NCBI GenBank assembly: GCA_040376625.1
Contig: JBEIQG010000001.1
Coordinates: 3,079-67,078 of the forward strand
Reading direction: 5' to 3'
Source of the DNA: Nitrospira sp.
GTDB lineage: Bacteria; Nitrospirota; Nitrospiria; Nitrospirales; Nitrospiraceae
Length of the DNA: 64,000 bases
In this document: positions 49,137 through 58,903 of the stretch, piece by piece
Position numbering within the stretch: the first letter of the stretch is position 1
How the letters are laid out: each line of letters starts with the position of its first letter
Position numbers and translations under genes: made by a program
The notes under the pieces: generated by a model
Database searches by the model: none
What the model was told of the DNA's origin: nothing
Seen by the model: only the letters and a program-made list of their open reading frames with translations

Positions 49137-50780
49137 ATGAAACGTCGCAATACAGTGCCACGGCGGTCTCACGGTTCGGAATCTGTGTCGGTGCCGTCGC
49201 TCACGGCCGCGCAGGTATCCGCGCTCGAAATCTACGATACCACCTTGCGGGATGGGGCTCAGGCCGAGGATGTCAGTTTCTCCGTGGAGGATAAACTCCG
49301 CGTGGCGCAGCGGCTGGATGAGCTAGGTGTGCATTTCATTGAGGGTGGGTGGCCTGGCGCGAATCCGAAAGACATCGAGTTCTTTCGCATGGTCAAGACC
49401 ATTCCCTTTAAGAGTGCGACCATCGTGGCATTCGGGTCGACACGCAAGGCTAGTAACTCGGTTCAAAAAGACAAAAACCTTCAAGAATTGCTCGCGTCAG
49501 GAACTCAGACCATTACCCTCTTCGGCAAGAGTTGGTCGTTTCAAGTGACGGATGCCCTGGGCATTGCGCTCACCAAGAATTTGGAGTTGATCGAGGACTC
49601 GATTCACTATCTGCGCTCCAAGGATCGTCGGGTGTTTTACGATGCCGAGCATTTTTTTGACGGGTACAAGGCCAACCCCGAGTATGCGTTGCAGACGATT
49701 CGCCGAGCGATTGCCGGCGGAGCCGAGCGGGTCATTCTCTGTGACACCAATGGCGGAACCATGCCGTGGGAAATCCGTGAAATTTGTCGGATTGTGAAGC
49801 AGGAATGTCCGGTGCCATTGGGGATCCACGCCCACAACGATAGTGAAATGGCGGTGGCCAACTCACTCGTCGCCGTGGAGTCGGGCATTCTGCAAGTACA
49901 AGGCACGATCAACGGAATCGGTGAACGATGCGGCAATGCTAATCTTTGCTCCATCATCCCGAATCTACAATTGAAAATGCAGCGCCCCGCGCTCGGCAAT
50001 AAGTTGACGCATCTGAAAGATGTGTCCGGATTCGTGACGGAGATCGCCAACCTGATGCCCAACAAGCGGCAGCCCTACGTCGGGGATGCGGCTTTCGCGC
50101 ACAAAGGCGGCGTGCACATTCATGCGGTGCTCAAGAATGCCGCGACGTACGAACATATCGATCCGGCAGCGGTCGGAAATCGTCGCCGGATCTTGGTATC
50201 CGACTATGCGGGACGTAGCGGGCTTCTGGAGAAGGTCGAAGCGTACGGCATTTCCCTGAACAAAAATCACGCAAAGTTGCAGGAATTAGTTGAGACGCTC
50301 AAGGAGCGCGAAAGCCAAGGATACCAATTCGAAGGCGCCGAGGGCTCCTTTGAGCTGTTGATGCGCAAAGCGATGGGCAGCCATCGCCCGTCTTTTCAAC
50401 TGCTTGGCTTCCGGGTGATTGTCGAAAAGAAGCAGGAGCATGGTTTGTTGCTTTCGGAAGCCACGGTGATGGTGAAGGTCGGTGAGGTCGTCGAACACAC
50501 GGCCGCCGTCGGAGCCGGTCCTGTGAATGCTCTTGACCATGCGCTGCGCAAAGCGTTGGAGAAATTCTATCCGCAACTTCGTGAAGTAAAGCTCCTGGAC
50601 TATAAAGTCCGTGTGCTTTCTGCGGACAAAGGGACGGAATCAAAGGTACGCGTCTTGATCGAGTCGGGCGATCACAAGGATAAATGGGGTACCGTCGGTG
50701 TGTCGGAAAATATCATGGAAGCGAGTTGGCAGGCGTTGGCGGACAGCATCGAGTATAAATTACTGCTGGCAGGTCGTTAG
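49137..50780 (+). CDS. cimA: Citramalate synthase (CimA-type)
   Basis: DTTLRDGAQ, EGGWPGANPKD, DAEHFFDG, HAHND, AFAHKGG.H, W.TVGVS.NI.EASW. Confidence 0.9.
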   Translation: MKRRNTVPRRSHGSESVSVPSLTAAQVSALEIYDTTLRDGAQAEDVSFSVEDKLRVAQRLDELGVHFIEGGWPGANPKDIEFFRMVKTIPFKSATIVAFGSTRKASNSVQKDKNLQELLASGTQTITLFGKSWSFQVTDALGIALTKNLELIEDSIHYLRSKDRRVFYDAEHFFDGYKANPEYALQTIRRAIAGGAERVILCDTNGGTMPWEIREICRIVKQECPVPLGIHAHNDSEMAVANSLVAVESGILQVQGTINGIGERCGNANLCSIIPNLQLKMQRPALGNKLTHLKDVSGFVTEIANLMPNKRQPYVGDAAFAHKGGVHIHAVLKNAATYEHIDPAAVGNRRRILVSDYAGRSGLLEKVEAYGISLNKNHAKLQELVETLKERESQGYQFEGAEGSFELLMRKAMGSHRPSFQLLGFRVIVEKKQEHGLLLSEATVMVKVGEVVEHTAAVGAGPVNALDHALRKALEKFYPQLREVKLLDYKVRVLSADKGTESKVRVLIESGDHKDKWGTVGVSENIMEASWQALADSIEYKLLLAGR

Positions 50781-50813
50781 GCTCTTTTCACCTCCATCGG
50801 GCTCACATAATCC

Positions 50814-50842
50814 TTGACAGGGCAGGTAACCTCACGTAACTT
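50814..50842 (+). promoter_or_regulatory. Putative sigma70 promoter for IHF-merR
   Basis: TTGACA-17-TAACTT. Confidence 0.6.
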
Positions 50843-50925
50843 ATGGGAAAATTCTTTGTCTTGGACGCTGGACACCAAGAAGCACTTCCTAAGGAACGAC
50901 TCTAGTGGATGGCGGGGGGAAAGGC

Positions 50926-51201
50926 ATGAGAAAGGCGGATATCGCGAACGAAATCTTCAAGCAGGTTGGAGTCTCCAAGAACGATGCGGCCGATATCGTC
51001 GAACTCGTGCTCAATCTGCTGAAGGGGGTGCTGCAAAAGGGTGACGCGGTCAAAATTGCAGGATTCGGGAATTTTGTAGTACGAAGCAAAGGGGCCCGCA
51101 AGGGACGGAATCCGCGAACCGGCGAGGAAATAGGAATTACTCCCCGTCGAGTGGTTACGTTTCGGCCCAGTCAGGTGTTTAAAAAGTACGTCAATTCCTA
51201 G
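50926..51201 (+). CDS. ihfA: Integration host factor alpha / HU family
   Basis: VKIAGFGNF, R.GRNPRTGE, RRVVTFRPS; ihfA-merR-tRNA-Pro synteny. Confidence 0.88.
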   Translation: MRKADIANEIFKQVGVSKNDAADIVELVLNLLKGVLQKGDAVKIAGFGNFVVRSKGARKGRNPRTGEEIGITPRRVVTFRPSQVFKKYVNS

Positions 51202-51242
51202 TCGCTACCTTGCTACGAGCACAAGCAGCATGAGGACCGGTC

Positions 51243-51596
51243 ATGGGGAATGAGCCCAGACTGGGAAGTAAAGTTTTTTACAAAATTGGCGAAGTCAGCA
51301 AGATTTCCAAACTGCCGGCTTATGTCTTGCGGTTTTGGGAATCGGAATTCAGTTTCCTGAGACCGAAGAAGAGCCGTGGCAATCAGCGGCTCTATGTGCA
51401 GAAAGATGTAGACACGGTGCTGGAGATCAAGCGCATGCTCTATGACGAGGGGCATACGCTGGCCGGGGTCAAGCGTTATTGGGCTCGTCGAGGGCGAGTC
51501 ACCGTGAAGAAACTGAGCTCGCGCAAAGAACTGGCACAACGTGTCAGGGGCGACCTCCAGGCGATCATCAGGATGATCGATTCTCATTCGTCGTGA
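51243..51596 (+). CDS. MerR-family HTH regulator
   Basis: [29 protein letters not shown]. Confidence 0.92.
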   Translation: MGNEPRLGSKVFYKIGEVSKISKLPAYVLRFWESEFSFLRPKKSRGNQRLYVQKDVDTVLEIKRMLYDEGHTLAGVKRYWARRGRVTVKKLSSRKELAQRVRGDLQAIIRMIDSHSS

Positions 51597-51655
51597 ACTG
51601 TTCCTGTGATGCGGGCGGCTGCGTCCAATTGTGGGTACATCGATGTCGTGTGTGT

Positions 51656-51732
51656 CGGGGCGTAGCGCAGCCCGGTAGCGCACTCGCTTGGGGTGCGAGG
51701 GGTCGTGGGTTCAAATCCCGCCGCCCCGACCA
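51656..51732 (+). tRNA. tRNA-Pro(GGG)
   Basis: CGGGGCG acceptor stem, anticodon arm CTCGC-TTGGGGT-GCGAG, GTTCAAATC T-loop, encoded CCA; 77 nt. Confidence 0.97.
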
Positions 51733-51898
51733 TCGGCACGATGTTCTCTACCACTGTCGGTGTCCTAAGGGACGTTGATCATTGCGGACAATCTTGTGAG
51801 TTTGGTCGAGTGTTTTCCCTCCTCTTTCGTCCCCATTCTTGATCCAGCGGTTTCTGCGTTCTCCTTTCACGACGTGTGTGAAGCATAAAGGAGCGGTT

Positions 51899-52714
51899 GT
51901 GGCGCGTGTACGGATTCTTGTGACCAACGACGATGGCATTACGTCTCCGGGGGTTCACGCGGTTGCGGCGGCGTTGGGTGCGTTGGGAGAGGTGTGGATT
52001 GTCGCACCTGACCGGGAGCGCACGGCAGTCGGGCATGCGGTCACGTTGCATAAGCCCCTTCGCATTACCAAGATGGCGCCCCGGGTCTTTATGGTGAATG
52101 GGACGCCTGTGGACTGTGTCAACTTGGCTCTGGTGAAGGTATTGCCGGGGCGGCCGTCGTTGATTGTGTCGGGGATTAATCGAGGGGTCAATCTCGGCGA
52201 TGATGTCATGTATTCCGGCACGGTGTCCGGCGCATTGGAGGGAACGATCCTGGGTATTCCCTCGATTGCCGTATCTCAGGAGGGGCACGAGACCTTCCGA
52301 TTCGATGTCGGAGCGCAGTATGCGGCCCGAGTGGCGGCCGAGGTATTGCGGCATGGATTGCCGCCGGAAACGATCCTGAACGTGAATATTCCGAATGTTC
52401 CGGTCCGGTCGATCAAGGGTGTGAAAGTGACATGCTTGAGTCGGCGTCGCTTCAACAATCCCATCGTTGAAAAAGTCGATCCGAGGGGTCGTAAGTACTA
52501 CTGGATCGCCGGGACGCGTCAATCGTGGAGTCGTGAGAAAGACGCCGACCACGAGGCGCTGGAGCAGGGCATGGTGTCGGTAACCCCGATTCATCTCGAC
52601 ACGACTCATCATGAGGTGCTGGAACAGTTCAAAGCGTGGGAACAACCTCTCTCGCGACCATCCGCGCGTCCGCCAACGGTGAAGCCGCATGCTCGAAGGA
52701 GAGCCCACGCGTGA
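51899..52714 (+). CDS. surE: 5'/3'-nucleotidase SurE
   Basis: ILVTNDDG, GTP.DCV, SGIN.G.N.G.DV.YSGTV. Confidence 0.96.
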   Translation: MARVRILVTNDDGITSPGVHAVAAALGALGEVWIVAPDRERTAVGHAVTLHKPLRITKMAPRVFMVNGTPVDCVNLALVKVLPGRPSLIVSGINRGVNLGDDVMYSGTVSGALEGTILGIPSIAVSQEGHETFRFDVGAQYAARVAAEVLRHGLPPETILNVNIPNVPVRSIKGVKVTCLSRRRFNNPIVEKVDPRGRKYYWIAGTRQSWSREKDADHEALEQGMVSVTPIHLDTTHHEVLEQFKAWEQPLSRPSARPPTVKPHARRRAHA

Positions 52715-53346
52715 CCGGACTCATTGAGTGGCTGATAGAAGTGCTCGGCCGGTTCGTGATCGCCACGATTTCGACGTTCGGCTATACGGGAATTGTCATT
52801 ACGATGGCGATCGAAAGCGCCTGTATCCCGCTGCCGAGTGAAATCATCATGCCGTTTTCCGGCTACCTGGTTTCGACCGGGCAGTTCTCGATGATGGGCG
52901 TGACGCTTGCCGGTGCCGTCGGCAACGTGCTGGGGTCATTGGTAGCCTACTACGTGGGTGTGTGGGGAGGACGACCGTTTGTCGAGCGCTATGGCCGATA
53001 CTTTCTGGTGTCGCAGCATGACATGGAACTGGCCGATCGGTGGTTTGCGAAGCATGGAGAAGCGGCGGTGTTGATCGGCCGTCTACTGCCCGTGGTTCGA
53101 ACGTTCATTTCTCTCCCGGCGGGGATTGCGCGCATGGACATCAAGAAGTTCGTGCTCTATTCATTTGTCGGAGCGCTTCCCTTCTGTTATGCGTTGGCCT
53201 ACGTGGGCTTGAAGATGGGGGAGCACTGGAATCAGTTGCGTCAGTATTTCCATCACGCGGATCTGGTGATCGGGTTGTGTCTTGCCGTGGGCCTCGGGTA
53301 TTTTCTCTGGTCTCACTGGCCGAAGCGTCGTCCGTCTATGGAGTAA
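52711..53346 (+). CDS. DedA family membrane protein
   Basis: ES..IPLPSE..MPF.G, GRLLPVVRTFISLPAG. Confidence 0.93.
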   Translation: MTGLIEWLIEVLGRFVIATISTFGYTGIVITMAIESACIPLPSEIIMPFSGYLVSTGQFSMMGVTLAGAVGNVLGSLVAYYVGVWGGRPFVERYGRYFLVSQHDMELADRWFAKHGEAAVLIGRLLPVVRTFISLPAGIARMDIKKFVLYSFVGALPFCYALAYVGLKMGEHWNQLRQYFHHADLVIGLCLAVGLGYFLWSHWPKRRPSME

Positions 53347-53355
53347 TTGCGCGTC

Positions 53356-54816
53356 ATGTTGCGTGTCTACAATACCCTCACCGGAAGCAAAGAGCTGTTC
53401 GAACCCTTGGAGCCTGGAAAGGTTCGCATGTATGTGTGCGGGGTCACGGTGTACGACTATTGTCACATCGGACATGCTCGGAGTGCGCTGGTGTTCGACG
53501 TGTTGCGCCGCTATCTCGAATATTCCGGTTTCGTCGTCGAGTTTGCTAAGAACTTTACGGATGTCGACGACAAGATTATCAAACGAGCGAATGAGCAGGG
53601 CGTGAGCTGTGAGCAGGTCACCGCTACTTACATCAACGCCTATTACGAGGATATGGAGAAGCTCGGTGTGCGCCGTGCGACGCTCGAACCCAGGGCGACC
53701 GAACATATCGCCGACATTGTGAGGCTTGTCGACACGTTGCTCGCCAAGGGAATGGCGTATCGTGTAAACGGGGATGTCTATTTTCAGGTTGATCGATATC
53801 CGGTGTACGGCCGGCTTTCGAAACGAAACGTCGATGATTTACAGGCTGGCGCGAGGGTGGATGTCGACGAGCGTAAACGTCACCCGATGGATTTCGCGCT
53901 CTGGAAAGCCAGCAAGCCCGGTGAGCCGTCTTGGAACAGCCCCTGGGGCCCGGGCCGTCCCGGTTGGCATATCGAGTGTTCGGCAATGGCCATGCGGCAT
54001 CTTGGTGAAACCTTCGATATCCATGGCGGCGGGATGGATCTGATATTCCCACACCACGAGAATGAGATCGCCCAATCCTGCGGCGCAACCGGCAAGGAGT
54101 TCGCGCGGTACTGGGTGCACAACGGATTCGTTCAAATCAATCAAGAAAAGATGTCCAAGTCATTGGGCAATTTTTTTACCATTCGCGAAATCTTTCAGAA
54201 ATCCGAATGGCCAGACCCGGTGACCGGCGAGATGCTGCGCTATTTCCTGCTTGCCACACATTATCGTAGCCCCTTGGATTTTTCTGATCAAAGCCTGAAG
54301 GAAACGAAAAACGCACTCAACGGATTCTATGACCTCTTTGAGCGGCTGAATGAAACCGCCCCAGACCATGGTGCGGGCGATCAGTCGATTCGGGAGGCCA
54401 TGATGCGGACGCGCGCGGCATTTGTGGCGGCCATGGATGATGATCTGAATACCCCTAACGCGTTGGCAGCCTTGCAAATGTTGCGCGGCGAAACCAATAA
54501 AGCGCTCGAAGCCGGATTGTCCGGTGAAGTGCGGGGTATGGTGCGGCAGGAGTTCCGTGTCTTAGGGATCGTCCTAGGGCTCCTCCAGACCGACACCTGG
54601 CGGTTTAAAACTCAGCGGCAGCAGCCGTTATCCGGTGAAGCGGGGATATCCAAGGACACTCTGTCTGATGAGGACATTGCCGACAAGCTGGCCGCTCGCC
54701 TCGCTGCGAAGCGATCAAAGAATTATCCACTCGCCGACCAGTTGCGAGCAGAGTTGGCCTCCTATGGCATTACGATTGAGGACCGGCCGGATGGCACCAG
54801 TCGATGGAAACGATAA
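53356..54816 (+). CDS. cysS: Cysteinyl-tRNA synthetase
   Basis: YVCG.TVY, HIGH, GRPGWHIEC, KMSKS. Confidence 0.99.
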   Translation: MLRVYNTLTGSKELFEPLEPGKVRMYVCGVTVYDYCHIGHARSALVFDVLRRYLEYSGFVVEFAKNFTDVDDKIIKRANEQGVSCEQVTATYINAYYEDMEKLGVRRATLEPRATEHIADIVRLVDTLLAKGMAYRVNGDVYFQVDRYPVYGRLSKRNVDDLQAGARVDVDERKRHPMDFALWKASKPGEPSWNSPWGPGRPGWHIECSAMAMRHLGETFDIHGGGMDLIFPHHENEIAQSCGATGKEFARYWVHNGFVQINQEKMSKSLGNFFTIREIFQKSEWPDPVTGEMLRYFLLATHYRSPLDFSDQSLKETKNALNGFYDLFERLNETAPDHGAGDQSIREAMMRTRAAFVAAMDDDLNTPNALAALQMLRGETNKALEAGLSGEVRGMVRQEFRVLGIVLGLLQTDTWRFKTQRQQPLSGEAGISKDTLSDEDIADKLAARLAAKRSKNYPLADQLRAELASYGITIEDRPDGTSRWKR

Positions 54817-55567
54817 CTCACTGGAGGTGATCTATGGTCTCCATGCCGTGCGCGAGGCGCTACGCGCCGGCGTCCGTCCGATCCAGCGTCTCCTTGTGTT
54901 GGGAGTCGACCGACAGTTCGGAGAAATAGTTCGTCTGGCCAGGGAGCAACGTGTGCCGGTGCGAGTGGAACCGCGGCCTGCGTTGGATCGCCTCGTTCCT
55001 TCCGGCCAGCACCAGGGGGTGGTGGGAGTGGTCGCGGCCAAGGCCTATGCGGACCCCGACGATATCCTCGCTTCCGCACAGGCCGAAGGGCAGACCCCAT
55101 TGCTGGTCCTGTTGGACGGTGTGGAAGATCCGCATAACCTCGGGGCTATTCTGCGCACGGCCGAAGCGTCGGGTGTTCAAGGCGTTTTCATTCCGGAGCG
55201 CCGCGCAGTGGGGCTGACGAGCGTAGTCGCGAAGGCCTCTGCCGGGGCTGTCGACTACATGCCCGTGGGGCGCGTGCCGAATCTGTCTCGCTTGATCGAA
55301 CGTCTTCAAGGGGCAGGCATCTGGGTGTATGCGTTGGATGCCGAGGCTCCGAAACCCTATACCGAGCTGGATTTCAGCGGCCCGGTGGCGCTCGTATTCG
55401 GCGGGGAAGGGACGGGAGTTCGCCCAGGAGTGCGTGACACCTGCGATGAAGCCGCCCACATTCCCATGATGGGGAAAGTCAGCTCGCTCAATGTCTCGGC
55501 ATCAGCAGCCATCGTGCTGTATGAGGCATTACGTCAACGTCGGGAAGGTGAGGAGAGGAAGCCGTAG
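54791..55567 (+). CDS. rlmB: 23S rRNA Gm2251 methyltransferase RlmB (SpoU)
   Basis: HQGV, DPHNLGAILRT, GGEG.G, IPM.G..SSLNVS; cysS-rlmB synteny. Confidence 0.93.
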   Translation: MAPVDGNDNSLEVIYGLHAVREALRAGVRPIQRLLVLGVDRQFGEIVRLAREQRVPVRVEPRPALDRLVPSGQHQGVVGVVAAKAYADPDDILASAQAEGQTPLLVLLDGVEDPHNLGAILRTAEASGVQGVFIPERRAVGLTSVVAKASAGAVDYMPVGRVPNLSRLIERLQGAGIWVYALDAEAPKPYTELDFSGPVALVFGGEGTGVRPGVRDTCDEAAHIPMMGKVSSLNVSASAAIVLYEALRQRREGEERKP

Positions 55568-55584
55568 GGAAAGATGCGAAGGGC

Positions 55585-55875
55585 TCACCGGAGCTTTAGC
55601 ATTTTCCCTTGGATAGCCGCCTTGAGCAGTTGGGCGGTATTAGAGACCCGGATCTTTTTCATCATATTCGCCCGATGCGCTTCAACTGTCTTGACGCTGA
55701 TTTTTAACCGCTGAGCAATTTCCTTGTTCTTAAACCCGGTCCAGATCAACTCAAGGATTTCCTGTTCGCGGGTCGTGAGGGCTTCGGGACGTCGTTTGCG
55801 AGGGGGAAGGACCGGATTCGGCGCGGCTACTTTGGTTCGAGTTTTCGTGGTCTTGGCGACTGGCGACATGTACAT
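55585..55875 (-). CDS. Stand-alone LuxR-type HTH protein
   Basis: LT.RE.EIL.L...G..NKEIA..L.IS.KTVE.HR.N.M.K; no receiver domain. Confidence 0.9.
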   Translation of the reverse strand: MYMSPVAKTTKTRTKVAAPNPVLPPRKRRPEALTTREQEILELIWTGFKNKEIAQRLKISVKTVEAHRANMMKKIRVSNTAQLLKAAIQGKMLKLR

Positions 55876-56089
55876 CTAGCTCCACTTCAGGTAAAGGCAA
55901 TTCACTGATTGAGGTTTGCGATCTTCTGCGCCAAAATTGCTCCCGGATTATACGCAGTGCCCCCGGCGTTTGTAAATGGAAAGAGCCAAGCGGTGGTGTC
56001 TTCTCGTCTGCCCTTATTGGCCTAGAAATAGATACGTATACTTGTAAAGGGAAAATGTCGGGCAACGTCCTAATGTTTTAGGAGCGTTC

Positions 56090-56863
56090 GTGATTTCATA
56101 CCTAACGGTCCTACTATTCGGCGCGGTGATCGGTAGTTTTTTGAATGTCTGCATCTACCGCCTGCCGCGTGAAGAGTCAGTTGCCTGGCCGGCCTCTCGT
56201 TGTCCCTCCTGCCGTCAGGCCATTGCTTTCTACGACAACCTTCCGATTGTGAGTTATCTGCTTCTGCGAGGCCGCTGCCGGGCCTGCCATATGCCGATTG
56301 CGATTCAATACCCAGTGGTGGAGGCGTCCAACGCGCTCGGATACGTGCTGGTCTTTTGGATGTTTGGCTTCACGCCGGCGGCCTGGGCCTACGCGGCGCT
56401 GGTGTCCGCGCTTATCGTGGTGACGGGGACCGACCTTTCCCATACTATGATTCCAGACGCCGTGACGCTGCCGGGAATCGTCATCGGCCTGCTATGTGCC
56501 GTCTTGATCCTCCCGATCGGGTTTGTCGATTCCTTGCTCGGCGTTTTGGTGGGTGGCGGGATCTTATGGTTTTTAGCATGGATCAGCCCCTATGTTTTCG
56601 GAAAGGAAGGGATGGGGGGCGGCGATATCAAACTCATGGCCATGGTCGGGGCCTTCCTCGGCTGGCAGCCGGTATTGCTGGCGATTATGGTCGGATCTTT
56701 TCTGGGGTCCATTGTCGGTGTCGGACTCATCGCCGTCGGGGTCATGCGGCGTGAGCAGTACATTCCATTCGGACCGTTCCTGGCGGTGGGGTCAATGCTG
56801 GCCCTGTTGTTTCATCAGCCCCTCCTTGAGTGGTATTGGGCACTGATCGACCTTCCGCAGTAG
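56090..56863 (+). CDS. pilD: Prepilin peptidase/N-methyltransferase
   Basis: GSFLNV.IYRLP, two CxxC, MGGGDIKL, IPFGPFL. Confidence 0.96.
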   Translation: MISYLTVLLFGAVIGSFLNVCIYRLPREESVAWPASRCPSCRQAIAFYDNLPIVSYLLLRGRCRACHMPIAIQYPVVEASNALGYVLVFWMFGFTPAAWAYAALVSALIVVTGTDLSHTMIPDAVTLPGIVIGLLCAVLILPIGFVDSLLGVLVGGGILWFLAWISPYVFGKEGMGGGDIKLMAMVGAFLGWQPVLLAIMVGSFLGSIVGVGLIAVGVMRREQYIPFGPFLAVGSMLALLFHQPLLEWYWALIDLPQ

Positions 56864-57105
56864 CTGCCTTCAAATCGTTATCCAGAGCCGGTTTCCAAGG
56901 ATCGGCTTCTCCCAGAACTGTATCTAAACGGATGACTGACTGTATCCGATTCGGAACAGTTCATAACTGTTCACGCGTTCTTTTCTGTCTTGCCTCAGTC
57001 AGCATTATTCGGCTCACAGCAGATTCCCTCAGTATTTCTATAGCTTGCTCGGATGCTCCGGTAGAAGAGCCGCGCTCTCTGCCTCTGCAGGGCATGAATC
57101 AGAAA

Positions 57106-57121
57106 CGGCATGGAACTTGGA
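57106..57121 (+). promoter_or_regulatory. Possible sigma54 promoter (variant -12)
   Basis: CGGCATGGAACTTGGA: GG-N10-GG instead of GG-N10-GC; about 33 nt before the ATG. Confidence 0.45.
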
Positions 57122-57153
57122 AATGCTCTACGCGCTCGAAGAAAGGAGCCGGC

Positions 57154-57588
57154 ATGAACGAACGTGGTGGGAGTCTTGTGGAACTAAGTACGGTGGTTGC
57201 GATCATCGGGATTGTGGTGGGGGTGAGTGTGCCCGGATGGGCCGCGCTTGTCGCGAAACATCACCAGCGCGCGGTGATGGTAGGGATCGCATCGGAGTTG
57301 CGCATGGCGCGGCAGTTGGCGATGGCAAGGCATGAGCGCATTCGGGTGGTCGTGGATGCGGAACAGTCTGAATTGCGCACGGAATGCGTGGACTGTACCG
57401 CAGGCCTGCTGCGCCGGTATGAGTTCGGTCATACAGGCACGGCGGTTGAGTCGATGGCGACGAAACCGGAAATCATGTTTCATCCCAGCGGTCGTTCGGC
57501 CACGGCGACTACCATGGTCCTGGTCGATAGTCGTCGTGCGACACATCAGGTTACGGTGAGCATCACCGGACGAGTGACCCTGTCATGA
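57154..57588 (+). CDS. FimT/GspH-like minor pilin (cassette 1)
   Basis: AAGGAG RBS; RG|GSLVEL type III signal; AR..A, I.F...G, V...GRV. Confidence 0.85.
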   Translation: MNERGGSLVELSTVVAIIGIVVGVSVPGWAALVAKHHQRAVMVGIASELRMARQLAMARHERIRVVVDAEQSELRTECVDCTAGLLRRYEFGHTGTAVESMATKPEIMFHPSGRSATATTMVLVDSRRATHQVTVSITGRVTLS

Positions 57589-58112
57589 CACCATGTGAAC
57601 CGAATCTTGTGACGCGCCGATCTGCGTTGATGAGTGCCAAAGGGTTCACTCTCGTGGAGAGCATGGTGGCGTTAGTGGTGCTGTCGATCGGCGTGATCGG
57701 GACGATCGGCATGTGTGAATGGGCTCAGCGCGGCCTGCAGCGCGGAGCGTTGACGGCAACCGCGCTGGCGCTCGCTGAATCGCGTCTGGAGGCGAAGCGG
57801 AGTGTGGCGTGGGAGCGCTTGTTGATGGACGACATGGATCAAGATGGAATATTGGAGTCTGTCATGCATGACGATGGCTTGCAAGGTGACCAGAAGAACG
57901 GCGACGGCATCTTCACGGCCAGTGTCGACCAGTCCAACATCCGACTTGTCTGGACGGTGGAGCTGAATCGCGGCCATGAGCCGGCCGGGGCGAGCCTGGC
58001 AACTATCGAGGCGCGTGCGATCTTCCGCACTATGGGAGGGCAGGAGAAGGAGGTTCGTGTTCGCACGATTCGAGCCAATCCTCGGTATGTCGGCCTGTCT
58101 GTGTTGCCATGA
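57585..58112 (+). CDS. PilV-like minor pilin (cassette 1)
   Basis: KG|FTLVE.MVA N-methylation motif. Confidence 0.85.
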   Translation: MTPCEPNLVTRRSALMSAKGFTLVESMVALVVLSIGVIGTIGMCEWAQRGLQRGALTATALALAESRLEAKRSVAWERLLMDDMDQDGILESVMHDDGLQGDQKNGDGIFTASVDQSNIRLVWTVELNRGHEPAGASLATIEARAIFRTMGGQEKEVRVRTIRANPRYVGLSVLP

Positions 58113-58885
58113 TGTGCAGCATGATCAACGGATTAAAAACGCAGAAGCGCATGGGCAGGGGACTGTGCCTCGGCTCTGCCGGATCGAGTCTCATTGAACT
58201 GCTCATCGCAATGGCAATCAGCAGTATCGCGATATCGGCTTCGATGAATGTTTTTTCCTCACTCGGCCATCGGTTCGCCGTACAGCATTCGACGATGGTG
58301 ACGAATCAGGATCTGCGCCTAGGACTGGATGTGTTGTGCAGCGAAGTGCGTCTGGCCGGAGGAGGGTTGTTGGGCGGAGACTCGCCGTTTCTCACGGCGA
58401 AGCCGGACGAGATCGAATTCTTCGCCAATTTGAGCGGCGCGTCGACTACGCTGACGGAGGTTGCAGAGGTGGGCCGCCAGGATCTCCCGGTCGACCAAGG
58501 GGCCGGTTGGCCCAAAGGCAAGCAGATCCTGTTGTGCACAGTCGTGCATTGCACTTGGAATCAATTGGCTGCCGATGGGCGAAAGCAGGCGCTGGCATTG
58601 GTGACACCGACTACAGAACAGTTTCCGGTGCGTAGTGCCATATTCCTGTTGAATCGAGTGCGTTACTACGTGAGGCGTCAGGATGATGGGGCGATGCGGG
58701 TCATGCGTGATGTGGACGGCGGCGCGAGTACGTTGATCGGAGATGTGCGTCAGTTCGAACTGCAATATGTTGATAGGGATGAACGTGTGACTACGGATTT
58801 GAGCGAAGTGGTGCGGGTGCGTGTGACGGTGCGGGCGGGAAGGCAAGAGTCCAGTCTGGTGCGGGATGTGGCGATCCGGATGTAA
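58109..58885 (+). CDS. PilW-like minor pilin (cassette 1)
   Basis: AG|SSLIELLIAM, QDLR.GLD.L..EVR.AG, V..VRVTV. Confidence 0.83.
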   Translation: MMCSMINGLKTQKRMGRGLCLGSAGSSLIELLIAMAISSIAISASMNVFSSLGHRFAVQHSTMVTNQDLRLGLDVLCSEVRLAGGGLLGGDSPFLTAKPDEIEFFANLSGASTTLTEVAEVGRQDLPVDQGAGWPKGKQILLCTVVHCTWNQLAADGRKQALALVTPTTEQFPVRSAIFLLNRVRYYVRRQDDGAMRVMRDVDGGASTLIGDVRQFELQYVDRDERVTTDLSEVVRVRVTVRAGRQESSLVRDVAIRM

Positions 58886-58903
58886 TAGGTAAAGGGAATA
58901 ACT

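Noticed and set aside
51656-51900. tRNA-Pro as an island integration site
   Set aside because: No integrase and no duplicated tRNA 3' end seen; core gene surE follows directly
56830-57153. 108-aa N-terminal extension of the first minor pilin
   Set aside because: RBS and prepilin motif point to ATG 57154; the region looks regulatory
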